Source of the DNA: Octopus sinensis
Lineage: Eukaryota
Direction of reading: 5' to 3'
Assembly (NCBI RefSeq): GCF_006345805.1
Contig: NC_043003.1
Location: 49,600,001 to 49,664,000 of the forward strand
Length of the DNA stretch: 64,000 bases
Below are positions 1 through 12,810 of this stretch, piece after piece; the stretch's first letter is position 1; every line of letters starts with the position of its first letter. A program made the translations under genes and the position numbers. The notes beneath the pieces were generated by a model that ran no database searches, was not told where the DNA came from, and saw nothing but the letters and a program-made list of their open reading frames with translations.

Positions 1-545
1 CACTTTCTGCAGCAAATTCAACTCAACAGTATTTCACAAATAAAACTTAACTCATTAATTTTGTGGATGGATGAAGAGGAGTTACATCCATCAACCCCTT
101 TTGGCCACCCTATTATTGCTCCACTTTTCTTCAATGCCCCACTTGATCCTTCTGCAACCCACAATGGTGGCGGGTGTAGTACCCCTCACATTGGGAACTA
201 CTGGGTTAGATGGTTGTGTGTGAGTGGTAAGCTGGAGAGCTACGCCAGACACCAGTCGTCTGTTTTAGCTTGGTTTTTATGGCTGGATGCCCTTCCTAAT
301 GTCAACCACTTTACAGAGTGCTCTGGGTATCTCTTACATGTCACTGGCATGTGTGCCTCTTACGTGCCACCAGCATGGGTGCCATTTTTACATGTCACAA
401 GCACAGTTATAAGCAAGTGTCATCCTCATACAAGCAATGCCATTTGTTTCCAGTCTCCCATGTAAATCATGTCTGGTCATGAAGAAATATTACCTTGCTT
501 GGAAATGGGTGATGGTTGGTGACAGGAAGAGCATCCAGCTATGTC

Positions 546-1225
546 TTTTATCTTTTATTTGTTTCAGTCACTTGACTACGGCCATACTGGGGTACTGCAT
601 TGAAGAGTTGTTAGTTGACTGAAACGATCTCAGTACTTATTTTTTTTTATTTCATAAAGCTTGGACTTATTCTATTAGTCTCTTTTGCCAAACCGTTCTG
701 TTACAGGAATGTAAACGTACTAACACTGGTTGTCAAGCAGTAGTAGGGACAAACATGGACACACACACATACACACAGACACATACACACACAGAAACAC
801 AGACACACACACTCCAACACATATACACACAGACACATACACACATAAACACACACAAATACATACACGTCATGGTCATTTCTAGTGCTGGTCACATGTA
901 AATAGCACCCATGTTGGTGGCACGTAAAAGGCACTCGTGCCAGTGACCCATAAGAGAAGCCTAGTACACTCTGTAAAGTGGCTGACATTAGGAAGGGCAT
1001 CCAGCCATAAAACCCATACCAAAACAAGCAGCTGGTGTCTGGTGCAGCTCTCCAGCTTACCATACACACACATATGCGCTTCCACACAGTTTCCATAGAT
1101 CAGATTTATTAATGAGTCATTGGTCAATCTGGGACTATCGTAGAAGACACTTGCCCAAGGTGCCCCACAGTGGGATTGAACCTGAATCAATATAGCTGAA
1201 AAGCAGGCTTCCTATCCAGCCATGC
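546..1225 (-). mobile_element. tRNA-derived SINE group A (CORE-like box, internal microsatellite), with an RTE-tail fragment nested at ~865-1060
   Basis: Matches the other group A copies on the minus strand (gaagacacttgcccaaggtgcc core; tttacttgtttcagtca 3' end). The internal CA tract contains a + strand RTE 3'UTR piece (ggtggcacgtaaaaggcac...ggaagggcatccagcc). Confidence 0.75.
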
Positions 1226-1942
1226 TTGCTGAAATTAAAAAAAAAAAAGAAAACAAGAAAATTTCTTTAGAAAAATTGGAAAAATTTATTCTTTTTCTTG
1301 TCTTTACTCCATCCCAATTGGCAAGTACACTCTGGTATAATGTAGCGGCCACATTTTTTTTGGTTACAGAAGTGCAGACGTTTAGCTTGCATTGGACGTC
1401 AGCCAAAATTTCCCCTCTAATTGTCTATGTGTACAGAAATGTTAACAATTATTAAATTTTCTTAGAGACAAAAAAAAAAGTAAAAATATTTAGGCAATCA
1501 ATACTTTAATGCATATAAATCTAAGAATATGAAGATTATTTTGGTATGTGTCTCATGAGGTCATAAATTTGCATACTATTTTTAAGTTTGGAAATGCAGT
1601 GTGATTAAAAGAGATCTAAATTTGGCTATTTAACATGTTGAGTTGTTTAAATAAACACTTAGCTATTTTAAACAAAGCTATCTCTGCAAGCACTTTAATT
1701 TTTAAGTGTGGTTACAATGGACGTAAATGTGTGGCCATATGCACAACTTGTAAAGACTTCTTTCTACTAAGGTTAGTAAGGCTAGTAAATGATGCAGTCT
1801 TAAGCAGTTTTTTTTCTGGCTGGTCATGGGTGGAATGACTTTGATCTTACATCTGCTTGGTCAGTGACACTTGTACTACATAACTCCAGGGCCAGCTTTG
1901 GTTGTTTGATGAAGTAACAGAAATTCTGACCACATTCTTTAA

Positions 1943-2318
1943 TCTTTTATCTTTTACTTGTTTCAGTCATTAGACTGTGGCCATGCTGGGGTACCACCTT
2001 GAATTTTTAGTCAAATGAATTGACCTCCAGTGCTTTTTTGTTTTTCTCTTAAGCCTTGTCCTTATTCTATTGGTCTCTTTTGCTGAACTGCTAAGTAGCA
2101 GGGACATAAACAGACCAACACTGGTTGTAAAGTGGTGTTGGGACACACACACACACACACACACATACATACATACATATGATGGACTTCTCTCAGTTTC
2201 TGTCTACCTGATCCACTCACAAGGCTTTGGTTGGTCTGAGATGATGGTAGAAGACAACTTGCCCAAGGTGCCATGCAGTGGGATTGAACCTGGAACCACG
2301 TGGTTGGGAAGCAAACAT
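1943..2318 (-). mobile_element. SINE group A, near full length
   Basis: tRNA-like head (gggattgaacctggaaccacgtggttgg on +), core, CA microsatellite and 3' tail all present. Confidence 0.8.
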
Positions 2319-2324
2319 TGAATG

Positions 2325-2394
2325 GTTACGGGGGTCCACCAGAATAAAATAGTAATCAAAGAATCACATAAATAAAAAATGATTGAGGACCACT
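2325..2394. mobile_element. hAT-type MITE end fragment
   Basis: Ends in gattgaggaccactg, resembling the reverse complement of a CAGTGGTTCTCAA-type hAT TIR; only one end seen. Confidence 0.35.
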
Positions 2395-2629
2395 GATCTA
2401 ACTGGTCCTTTTTTTATTGACCTTGAAAGGATGAAAGACAAAGGTGATTTCAGTGGCACTGGAACTCAAAATGTAAGGAAGGAAGAAACAGCACTTAGCA
2501 CATTTTATGGTGCGGTAATGATTCTGCCAGCATGCCAACTTGTTTTAGATGTGTCACGTAAAAAGAACCTGTGCCAGTCCTGCATAAAAGCACCCAGTAC
2601 ACTCTGTACAGTGGTTGGTATTAGGAAGG

Positions 2630-2990
2630 GCATCAACACCATCATCTCCACAACCATCAGTACTATAACCACCACAACTGCCATTGTCACCAGCACTAGA
2701 ACCACCGGCAGCAGCACAACCACCACAACGAGAACCACTACCGCCACCACCACCACTACTACCACTACCACCACCACCACCACTGTTGCTGCTGCTGCCA
2801 CCATCATCGCCACCTCCAGTACCATTAGCTTCAACAACATCATCACCACCAGCAACAACAGCACCATCACCTCCATTGTTATCACCACCACCAATACCAC
2901 TACAACCACCATTACCAAAACTCCACCAGCACCATCACCACCACCACCACCACAACCACCACCAAACCCCGCCACCACCACCTCCATCAA
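2630..2990 (+). repeat. ACC/CAC-rich cryptic low-complexity tract
   Basis: Direct reading; source of the poly-Thr/Pro/His/Val ORFs; homologous tract at 36490-36735. Confidence 0.85.
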
Positions 2991-3179
2991 TGTGTGGACA
3001 GCTGCTGAGTGGTTGGTATTTGCCTTGGGTTTCATTGATCATGGATGCTTACTATCCACTGATGATCATGAATGGTGATTATGATGCTGACAATGCAAAT
3101 GATATCGTTTGGTTTAACCTTGATTCTCTTGAGAAACTTCATTATGGCAACAGTAATAAAGCAAACACCATGCAGTTAA

Positions 3180-3186
3180 ATACACA

Positions 3187-3225
<39 letters not shown>

Positions 3226-3727
3226 TCATATACACACAAAGTTCATACAAACATGATATGCACACACAGATATGCACACACAGGTATACAGACCCCCAAC
3301 AAGCTCATACATAAACACATGCAAACAGGTACACATACATCAACACACACACACATGCACACTCACACACACACACATACAAATACACATATGTATACAA
3401 GCCCCAACAGATACAGACACATACACAAATGTGCAAATACACATACATATACAGACCTTCAGACACATACATAAAGATATACACACATATACATACACAC
3501 ACTTACACGAACACATGCAAATACACATACATACACAGATCTTCACATACACACACATACACAAATCCGCACACACACACATGTATAGAAACCCCAACAA
3601 ACTCGTACACATACACACACGTGCAAATACATATACATACACAGATCCTCACATACACATGCACACACATGCAAATACAAATGCGTACACAGATCCTCAC
3701 ATACACACATACATACATACACAATCA

Positions 3728-3760
<33 letters not shown>

Positions 3761-3790
3761 GTACATATACACACATGCAGTAAATATTGA
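3180..3790. repeat. CA-rich compound microsatellite / cryptic minisatellite
   Basis: (CA)n with recurring ccccaac and acagatcctcacatacac motifs. Confidence 0.9.
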
Positions 3791-4199
3791 TATATGCTTT
3801 ATGAAACCCTGTTACTGTGATAATATTTGAAAAGACCTGAGAAAGCAATGAGATAATGGTACACAAGGCAGGTTGTGTTGGATTAGCGTAGTGGGTTTTA
3901 TGGGGGTGGGTTTGTGGGAAGAAAATAATAAATAAAGGTCAGCTAAGGGCCCAGCTTTGTTTCTATCTAAATGTTTGTATATAGTAATTAAACTTCCTCT
4001 TCTTTATCGCATGAAGTATGTACTCTTATCATTGCATACCACATCATGTCAAACCCGTATTGCAATAGGCAATGGCTTAACACATCTCCCTGTAGCACAC
4101 CATAGGAATATCACATTGTGTTATATTGCACTAGAGCATAATACTGCACTGCATTGCACTGTGGTGTACTGCAGCACATATATGACACCACATTGCACT

Positions 4200-4715
4200 A
4201 CAGAACACAGCACTGCACCACACTGCATGGAACTGCACTGTGCCACATGCACATGCTCACATGGTCACATGCATGCACACACATCATATTGCCCAACATC
4301 ACATACACATACACATACATACACAGACACACACATACACAGACACACACACACACATGCACACACACACCATGCATACATCCACACACACACACACCAG
4401 ACACACACACTAGACATACACATATACCACGCATACACACCATGCACACATACACACATCAAATACACACCACACATACACACCACACAACCTCACACAC
4501 ACACCACACAACTACACACGCATGCTCAAACACCCATATACACACTCATAAACACCATACACACACACACCACACACATACCACACATATACACACATAC
4601 ACATACCACACACATACCACACACACACCACACACACACACACAACCACACACACACACAACAAACACACACACAACATACACTGCACAACAACACATCA
4701 CACCACCCCACACCA
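4200..4715. repeat. CA/CAC-rich low-complexity tract
   Basis: Direct reading. Confidence 0.9.
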
Positions 4716-4971
4716 TGCCGTACTAACTTTGCAAAAGATGCAATGACCCATTGATCAGTGTGAGTCTTAGATATATATAAAATCACAGAAAGGTTATGAC
4801 TGAAATACCTTTGATCATATGTTTGCTCAACCAGGACTAACCCGGGGCTAAACAACAATCTCACATCATCACAACTCTTGAAGATACCAGACCACATGAT
4901 GCTCCTTCACTCCTCACGGTACAAATACAGGACCAAACTACACCATTTTTCTTTTCTTTTTTTCTTTCATT

Positions 4972-6528
4972 CATTTCAGTCATTTTGACTGTGGCCATGC
5001 TGGAGCACCGCATTTAGTCGAGGAAATCGACCCCAAGATTTATTCTTTGTAAGCCTAGTACTTAATCTATCAGTCTCTTATGCCAAACTGCTAAGTTACG
5101 GGGATGTAAACACACCAGCATCGATGTCAAGCGATGTTGGGACACACACACACACGCAAACATAGACACACACACACACAAACACATATATATATATATA
5201 TACTAGCAGCATAGCCCGGCGTTGCCCGGGTATGCAAGAGCCCCTATTAGGCAACGACTAATCCCAATCTAGTCCTTTCCCTCTGGGGAACGAAGGCACA
5301 TGTGTAGGTTGCAATGTCTTCTCTTCACTCCCAAATAACTATCAAACAGCTATCGATAATTCAGCCCACCCAATTCCTACCAGAAAGAAATTACATTCGA
5401 GACTTTACCCCCAACACCGCCACTTTGCTAATAGTTGCTGCAGCCGCAAGTTATTCGAATACTTTTTTGTTTAAACTTTCTTTATAACTACCACCCCAAA
5501 CGTTTTACCTTAAATTTTTGACATACCCTAAGGGTCCTCGGACGCTACTTGCAAACTCTTGGTTTATTATAAACCGCTTTTGTCGTGTGCACCAAAAAAC
5601 CTTTTCCATTCGTTTGTTCAGTTTGGTCACTTTTGACTTTTTCGTTGTTGTCACTCACATTGCTGCCCGCTTTTTTGCCGTTTTTGTACATTTTTTATAC
5701 ATTTTGGGATACTTACCCCACGTGTTCCGACAGTTAAAAAGGTCGAGTTGCGTCCCCTAGACATTCTGTGGTTTGTGTTTAATACACAAATCGGTTTGCT
5801 ATGTGTGCCACATATGATTTAATTAACCGATTTTTTCCAGTAATAAAGTATCCTATTGGAATAAAAAGGGCCATATAGCTCCTTGGAGCAGACATGATGC
5901 TCGCTGTGAATTTAAAAAAAAATTCCTGCCAATTTGTGAAAGATATTGTCGAAAATATGTCATCTTGAATTTGAATGCGATTTCCCAAAATGGCATGATT
6001 TTATTGATTTTGTTCTGATGGTAAGGTATTGCATGGAAAACTAACGTCAGAATTAAGTTTCTTAGGGTAACATTAAGCTTCACCATGAGTTTGGTGAAAA
6101 TCGATTGCAAGTTGCGAAAACTACAACAGAAAATGTGTTGCATATAAAAAGCTTAGATTATCGACCCCATGTCGAATTTATCGATTTTTTTCAGAACTGG
6201 GGAAACTTTTCAAAATTTTCACTGCGTTAGTTTTGAATTATGACATTGGGCTTTGTGTGCGTCAAGTTTCATCAGAATCGGTTGAAAGCCGTGGTCAGGG
6301 TGAGGGTACAACCTGACAGACACACAGACACACAGACAGACAAACTGCCGTTTATATAGAGAGAGATATATACGACGGCTTCTTTCAGTTTCCGTCAACC
6401 AAATCCACTCACAAGGCTATGGTCAGCCCGAGGCTACAGTAGAAGACACTTGCCCAAGGTGCCATGCAGTGGGACTGAACCTGGAACCATGTGGTTGGTT
6501 AGCAACCTACTTACCACACAACTACTCC
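4972..6528 (-). mobile_element. SINE group A split by a Helitron-like insertion
   Basis: 3' half at 4972-5202 and 5' half at 6367-6528 join into a normal group A copy when 5203-6366 is removed. Confidence 0.8.
5203..6366 (-). mobile_element. Non-autonomous Helitron-like element (1.16 kb)
   Basis: On minus: 5' TC start, (GTCT)n near the 5' end, 3' hairpin cccgg-gcaacg-ccggg followed by CTAG; inserted between A and T with no TSD. Confidence 0.75.
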
Positions 6529-6872
6529 ATTGTGTATCATACTATAGTCGTGGCTTAGTGGTTAGGTTATTTAACTCATGATTGTAAGGTTGTGAGTTCA
6601 GATCCCTACAGTAGTGGTTCCCAAATGGTGCAGTGCACCGAATAGGTGTGGCAGAAGAGAATAAAAGGTGAGGCTGAATGATTGAGAGACAATGAAAGAT
6701 TTAGAAAGAATTTCAAAAAATTCATAGGTGCAGGAGTGGCTGTCTGATAAGTAGCTTGTTTACCAACCACATGGTTCTGGGTTCAGTCCCACTGCATGGC
6801 ACCTTAGGCAAGTGTCTTCTACTATAGACTCAGGCTGACCAAAGCCCTGTGAGTGGATTTGGTAGATGGGTT

Positions 6873-7290
6873 ATGCAGTGTGTTCTTGAACAAAAGCACT
6901 TCACTTCATATTGCTCCAGCTAGCAAAAATGAGTTATCCTGTGATGGGCTGGCATCCCGTCCAGGTGAAGAATATATACACCATAAAACTAGAAAACCAG
7001 CCCTCATGAGACAGCATGGCTTAAGAAGGTAACTTTACTAACTTGTGGAGGTGCATGGCTTAGTGTCTAGGGTGTTGGAGTCATGATTGTAAGATTGTGC
7101 TTTTGATCCCTAGACCAGCTGACACGTATTTTTGAGCAAAACACTTCATTTCATGCTTCTCCAGTCCACTCACCTAGCAAAAGTGAGTTATCCTGCAATG
7201 GACTGGCATCCTATCCAGGTGGAGAATTTATACGCCGTGAAAATTGGGAAACTTGCCCTTATGAGTCAGTATGACTCGAGAAGGTAACTT
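6873..7290 (+). mobile_element. Two tandem SINE group D variants with a V-domain-like tail
   Basis: Repeated gtgttcttgaacaaaagcacttcacttca...cctgtgatgggctggcatcccgtccaggtg...gaaggtaactttac blocks at ~6873-7040 and ~7053-7290. Confidence 0.6.
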
Positions 7291-7452
7291 TACATTTTTT
7301 ACTTTATCTTCAGTGATATGGATCTCAGGGTCATAGAGGTAGACAAGCCAAGTCACTGCATCAAAGACTGGAGCATGTGGTGATTATTATATTGCACTGA
7401 ATCATATTCCATGATATCAAATCAATACTGTGATATACATTTTATTCCATAA

Positions 7453-7772
7453 CTGGCACTCCATTGGTTATGACAATGGAGGTTCCAGCTGATCCGATCA
7501 ACAGGGCAACCAGCTCATGAAATTAACGTGCAAGTGGTTGAGGACTCCTTGAACATGTGTGCCTTTAACATAGTTTTCAGGGATATTCAGCATAATACAG
7601 AGTGTGACAAGGCTGGCCCTTTGAAATACAGGTACTATGCAGTTTTGCCAGCTGAGTGGACAGGAGCAATGGGAAATAGAGTGTCTTGCTCAAGAACACA
7701 ATGCATTGCTGGGAATTGAACTGATGACCTTACAATTGAAAGCTGAGGACCCTAACCACTAAACCACATGCT
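7453..7772 (-). mobile_element. SINE group D
   Basis: Homologous to 19530-19911 (gtggttgaggactcc, gagtgtgacaaggctggcccttgaaatacagg); tRNA-like head at the right end. Confidence 0.75.
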
Positions 7773-8017
7773 TCCCACATTTTATTCTATAAAAGTGACG
7801 GATTAGCAGAACCTTTTGAGTATTGGGATAAATGCATTGTGGTATTTGTGTGGACTCTTTACATTTTGATTTCAAATCCTGGCAGGATCAGCTTTGCTCT
7901 TCATCCCTCCAGAGGTCATTGAATAAATTACCAGGGAAGTATTATGGTTATTGTAAGTGACTAAGCCTACTTCTCACAAAACTGCCGACCTTATGACTAC
8001 ATTAGAAATTATATTAT

Positions 8018-8400
8018 ATATTAAGAGTTATCACCAAACTAACATGGCAGTCCAGAAAAATAGGATGAATGCTGCTGTTGATTAGCTCCAAGAGGCCATC
8101 GCCTCTAGCTAGCTATGTGACACACAAACCTGTGTCCATTATAACCTTTGATCAGGGGAGGTCAACAGCTTCCCCTTGCTGGTTTGGCATCCACAGACTA
8201 GTTTCAAGGTAGTTGCCTCTTATCAATGTGGGGTAGCAGCAAGGCAAAGCTGCTGACCTCCCCTGTTCGAAGGTTAAAATGGACACAGGTTTGTGTGTCA
8301 CATAGCTAGCTAGAGGCAATAGCCTCTTGGAGCTAAGCAATGGCATCATTCGTCCTATTTTTTTGGACTGCCATGTTAGCTTGGTGATAACTATTAATAT
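8018..8400. repeat. Fold-back / MITE-like inverted repeat, arms ~163 bp, spacer ~57 bp
   Basis: atattaagagttatcaccaaactaacatggcagtcc... is complementary to ...ggactgccatgttagcttggtgataactattaatat along the whole arm. Confidence 0.9.
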
Positions 8401-8861
8401 CCAGTACCGCTGCCGTAGTCTCCTTTAGAGAGAATTAGAAATAATGATATTTCTAATTATATTATATCCTATCATATTATGTAAGATCAAACCATGTTAC
8501 ATATTACATTATACTATATTACATAATATCAATTGTTGTCATGATTTTACCTTATACTGTATCATGCCATATACAATATCCAACTATGCTGTTTATCACT
8601 GATACTGCAGGAAAACTTACAGGTGCTGTATGCAGCATGTTATATCTTCCATGAATTGTAGTTAATATACCGTATTGAATTTACACAGATAAGATGGGAA
8701 TCTTGTTCGTAGACTCATTAGACCAATGCATCAATTTTGCAGTATTTATTTTGGGCTTTTGCTTTCTGAGTTCAAATTTCAGAAAGGTCAATTTTGCCTT
8801 TCAATTTTCCAGGGATGACAAAACGAGTCAGATATTGGGGTCAGTTTTGTAATTCCCACAT

Positions 8862-9162
8862 CCATGCCATGACCGATGCCAGAGCCCCCTGACTGGCTCC
8901 CGTACTAGTGGCACTTAAAAAGCACCATATGAATGTGATCGATGTCAGGTCCACCTGACTGGCTCCTGTGCTGGTGGCACATAAAAAGCACCCACTACAC
9001 TCCCAGAGTGGTTAGCATTAGGAAGGGCATTCAGTTGTAGAATCATTGCCAGATCAGATTGGAGCCTGGTGCAGCTGTTGGCTTTCCAGACCTCAGACAA
9101 ACCGTCCAACCCATGCTAGCATGGAAAACGAATGTTAAACGATGATGATGATGATGATGATG
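8862..9162 (+). mobile_element. RTE LINE 3'UTR fragment with (GAT)n tail
   Basis: ggtggcacataaaaagcacccactacac...aggaagggcattcagttgtag...ccatgctagcatggaaaacgaatgttaaacgatgatg; same tail as the ORF2-linked copy at 14263-15117. Confidence 0.85.
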
Positions 9163-9206
9163 CACCAAATAGAAAGGAAAATAAAATATCTTTTTTTATT
9201 TTAAAG

Positions 9207-9290
9207 GTCAAAATCGAACATGACTTTACTTATTCCCAAAACACTTTGATTTTGTCAACAATTTCAATTAGCTTACTTGCTATATATAAG
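9207..9290 (+). CDS. Possible internal exon (84 bp, phase 0-0), VKIEHDFTYSQNTLILSTISISLLAIYK
   Basis: tttttttattttaaag| acceptor, AAG|GTGTGG donor, one open frame; no recognisable homology. Confidence 0.15.
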
Positions 9291-9494
9291 GTGTGGCCAT
9301 CACTAACATTTTTCTTTGCTTTTTTGACTTTTGGTCAGGAGGGTCATCAGTGCTCATGATGACCCTTTACAGGTCCTCCAAGACTTGTAAGAAGGAGGGA
9401 GGGAAGGAAGGAAGGAATGAGGAAATTATCCTCAAACCAGATTTAACCAGAATGTTTGCAATAGAGCAGGGTCTGCTAAAGGTACTTAATGAAG

Positions 9495-9815
9495 GCACAT
9501 GCCTTAGTGGTTAGGGTATTTGTCTCACAAACATAAGGTTGTGAGTTCAATTTCCTATAATGTGCTGTGTCCTTGAGCAAGACACTTTATTTCATGTTAC
9601 TCTAGTCCACTCATCTGGCAAAAATGAGTTATACCCATAATTCAGAAGGCCAGCCTTATCCCATTCTGTGTCAAGCCGAATCTCCCTGAAAGTAACATCA
9701 AGAGTATGTGTGTCTGTAGAGTGCTCAGCCGCTTGCATATCAATTTCATGAAAAGGCTGTACAGTTGCTCACATCAACTTGAGCCCTTGTCATCGTAACC
9801 AATGGAGTACCAAGT
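9495..9815 (+). mobile_element. SINE group D
   Basis: tRNA-like head, gtgtccttgagcaagacac CORE-like box, D-type tail. Confidence 0.75.
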
Positions 9816-9917
9816 ATAAGCTTGTATCATATTTTTGATTAGGGATTTACATACCCATGTAGTTGTGAGCAGAGACAGGGCCCCCTATCAGTCCCACTAT
9901 GCCATAATTTGGTTATC

Positions 9918-10148
9918 TGTTTCTTTATTAGCCACAAGGGGCTAAACATAGAGGGGGCAAACAAGGACAGACAAACGGATTAAGTCGATCACATCAACCC
10001 CAGTGCATAACTGGTACTTAATTTATTGACCCCGAAAGGATGAAAGGCAAAGTCGACCTCAGCGGAATTTGAACTCAGAACGTAACGGCAGATGAAATAC
10101 GGCTACGCATTTCGCCCAGCGTGCTAACGGTTCTGCCAGCTCACCGCC
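9918..10148 (-). mobile_element. tRNA-derived SINE group C (Meta/Sauria-like gtcgactttgcctttcatcctttcggggtc box), full length
   Basis: Head ggcggtgagctggcagaaccgttagcacgc, B-box gagttcaaattcc, tail ...tagccccttgtggctaataaagaaa. Confidence 0.85.
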
Positions 10149-10213
10149 TTTGGTTATCAGTATACAAGATGCCTTGAGATAATGGTTTTAGATATGTATG
10201 TAGTCATGAGCAG

Positions 10214-10271
<58 letters not shown>

Positions 10272-10799
10272 ACAAACAAGGCTGCATCAGGATTAGGCTG
10301 GAATTTATATTTACTGACCCGGAAAGGATAGAAAGCCAAGCTGGCCTCAGCAGGGTTTGAACATGGAATGCCCAAATATTACACCTTATTCTATGTGATG
10401 CTTGAATGACTTTGCTGCTTCACTGCTTTTCTCGCTGTGTCCTAATACATTTTAACAAATATAAACTGTATTATAGGCATAAGAGTGAGAAAAATGAATA
10501 AATATTTCTATTGCTTGTTTTCATCTTCGAAAATATTTGCAGACAATGAAATAGCTTTATTTACAGAGTTCCTTCTGTCTGTGCCTTCCAATATGCAGAT
10601 GCACATTACACACAAATTATGTATGCACATACACACACACACACACAGTCATATGTGTACATACACATGCATAAACGAAAATGGTATGCAAATAAACAAG
10701 CACCCAATTTTATGTTTGGTTACACACAGACATAGATTTACACGCATATATACACATAGAAACACTATACATCTGCACACATTATTGTATGCTTGTATT

Positions 10800-10855
10800 C
10801 ATGTATATCTATATATCTATCTATCTATATATATCTATCTATCTATCTATCTATC

Positions 10856-10886
<31 letters not shown>

Positions 10887-10935
10887 ATATCCATCTATCT
10901 ATCTACCTATCTATCTATCTATCTGTCTATCTATC

Positions 10936-10990
<55 letters not shown>

Positions 10991-11056
10991 CTATACATAC
11001 ATACATACATACATAAACATAAATATGTATGTATGTGTATATACATACATACACAC

Positions 11057-11087
<31 letters not shown>

Positions 11088-11200
11088 TATTTATATATAT
11101 ATATATATATTGTATGTGTATATGCATGTTTGTATATGTATGTATGTATGTATATATGAATGTATATACATATGTATATATATATATTTAATAATATACA
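10800..11200. repeat. (ATCT)n/(AT)n/(ATAC)n compound microsatellite
   Basis: Direct reading; source of the YLSIYLSI ORFs. Confidence 0.95.
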
Positions 11201-12023
11201 CTTCTATATTTTCAATAACATACATAAGAATTCACAAGTAATAACATGCATATTTAATAACATACACTCATATATATACATACATGTAAACATGTATTTA
11301 TTTACATGATATACAAGCACATATATACATTGATACATAAATAGTTATTTAATATCACACACCTGTATACACAGGCGTAATTCAATTCATTTAATTCGCA
11401 ACAGTTTATTGTCATGTTATATACAAATACAAAGAAAAACAGCTTAAAATTCCAAACAAATACAATAACAGCTAAACCACAACTGATAAACACAAATGAT
11501 ATCAATTACTTGCACAAATGATAAACATTAGCTGATGAAAACAGTTAACAGGTACAATTGTGAAGAACGACAATGCAATTTTTATAGATAAATATAAACA
11601 TGTTGTGTAAATGTGTTTTTGTATTTGTATCTAGATGGGGGTTCTTGTTTGAATATGACTGTGTGGTTAAGAAGTTTGCGTCCCGACCATGTGGATTCAA
11701 GTTTAGTCCTGATGGGTGGTGCCTTGGACAAAGTGTTTTCTAACTTTACTCCTGACTGACTAAAGCCTTCTGACTGAGAATTTGAGGAAGACAAACTGAA
11801 GAGATTTACCATATATGCTTGCTCATGTATATGTGTCCGTGCAAACACATATACATGAGTGAGTAGACGAGTGAAAGAAAGTGGTGGCACTCATCACAAT
11901 TGAGAGAAGTTATACATACACACAAACACACAAAGATTTATATATATATATATTTGATTTTTGATTTTGATTTTTCCAGTTTCAGCTCATGAGCTGTGGC
12001 CATGATATTATTTTTTATATACA

Positions 12024-12400
12024 GGCACAGGAGTGGCTGTGTGGTAAGTAGCTTGCTTACCAACCACATGGCTCCAGGTTCAGAACCTCTGCGTGGCAAC
12101 TTGGGCAAGTGTCTTCTACTGTAGCCTCAGGCCAACTAAAGCCTTGTGAGTGTATATATATATATATATAGGTACATACATGGATGTGTGGTAAGAAGTT
12201 TGCTTCTCAACCACATGATACTGGGTTCAGTCCCACTGCATGGCATCTTGCATAAAAGTCTTCTACTATAGTCTCAGGTTGACCAAAGCCTTATGAGTGT
12301 ATTTGGTAGATAAAAACTGAAAAAAGCCCATCACACACACATATATATATGTGTGTGTGTCTTTGCCTCTTTGTTTGTCCTCCACCACTGCTTGACTAGT
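12024..12400 (+). mobile_element. Two partial SINE group A 5' halves in tandem
   Basis: ggagtggctgtgtggtaagtagcttgc head at 12024; a second head at ~12183. Confidence 0.7.
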
Positions 12401-12810
12401 GTAGCTAGGGAGGTTTTGGTAGGGGCAGTCCACCCTGGCCAGGTCTGCTGTAGGCAATATGTGTTTTTTGTGGGATCTGGGAGTAGCAAACAGAAGAGCC
12501 ACCCTGGGTGGCATGCACTCTAGCTACACTAGTGGACACAATATACACAAAGTAGTCTAAGAATCAAAAAATGATCTAACAATCAAATGTCTAGCACACT
12601 AATCACTAACCACATACCTTAAGGTCTGTTTTGATTTTTAAGATTCATGGGGCCACAGCTTAAACTGGTTTCGATGGTGTATAAGTGACTGAGATTACAA
12701 CACTCCCCACTGAATAGGATGCTAGACCCTCACAAAGTTAACTTCCCAACCATTGTTGGAACTCATTTACAGCTGAGTGGACCGAAGCACTGTGAAATGA
12801 AGTGTTTTGC

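Noticed and set aside
2383-4754. Long ORFs (231, 190, 265 aa) resembling mucin or His-rich proteins
   Set aside because: They are translations of ACC and CA repeats, open in several frames on both strands.
6608-6630. hAT-like TIR start (tagtggttcccaaa)
   Set aside because: Single short end with no partner or TSD.
10485-11241. YLSIYLSI and similar ORFs (also 17832-18741, 22205-22851, 44130-44560)
   Set aside because: Microsatellite translations.
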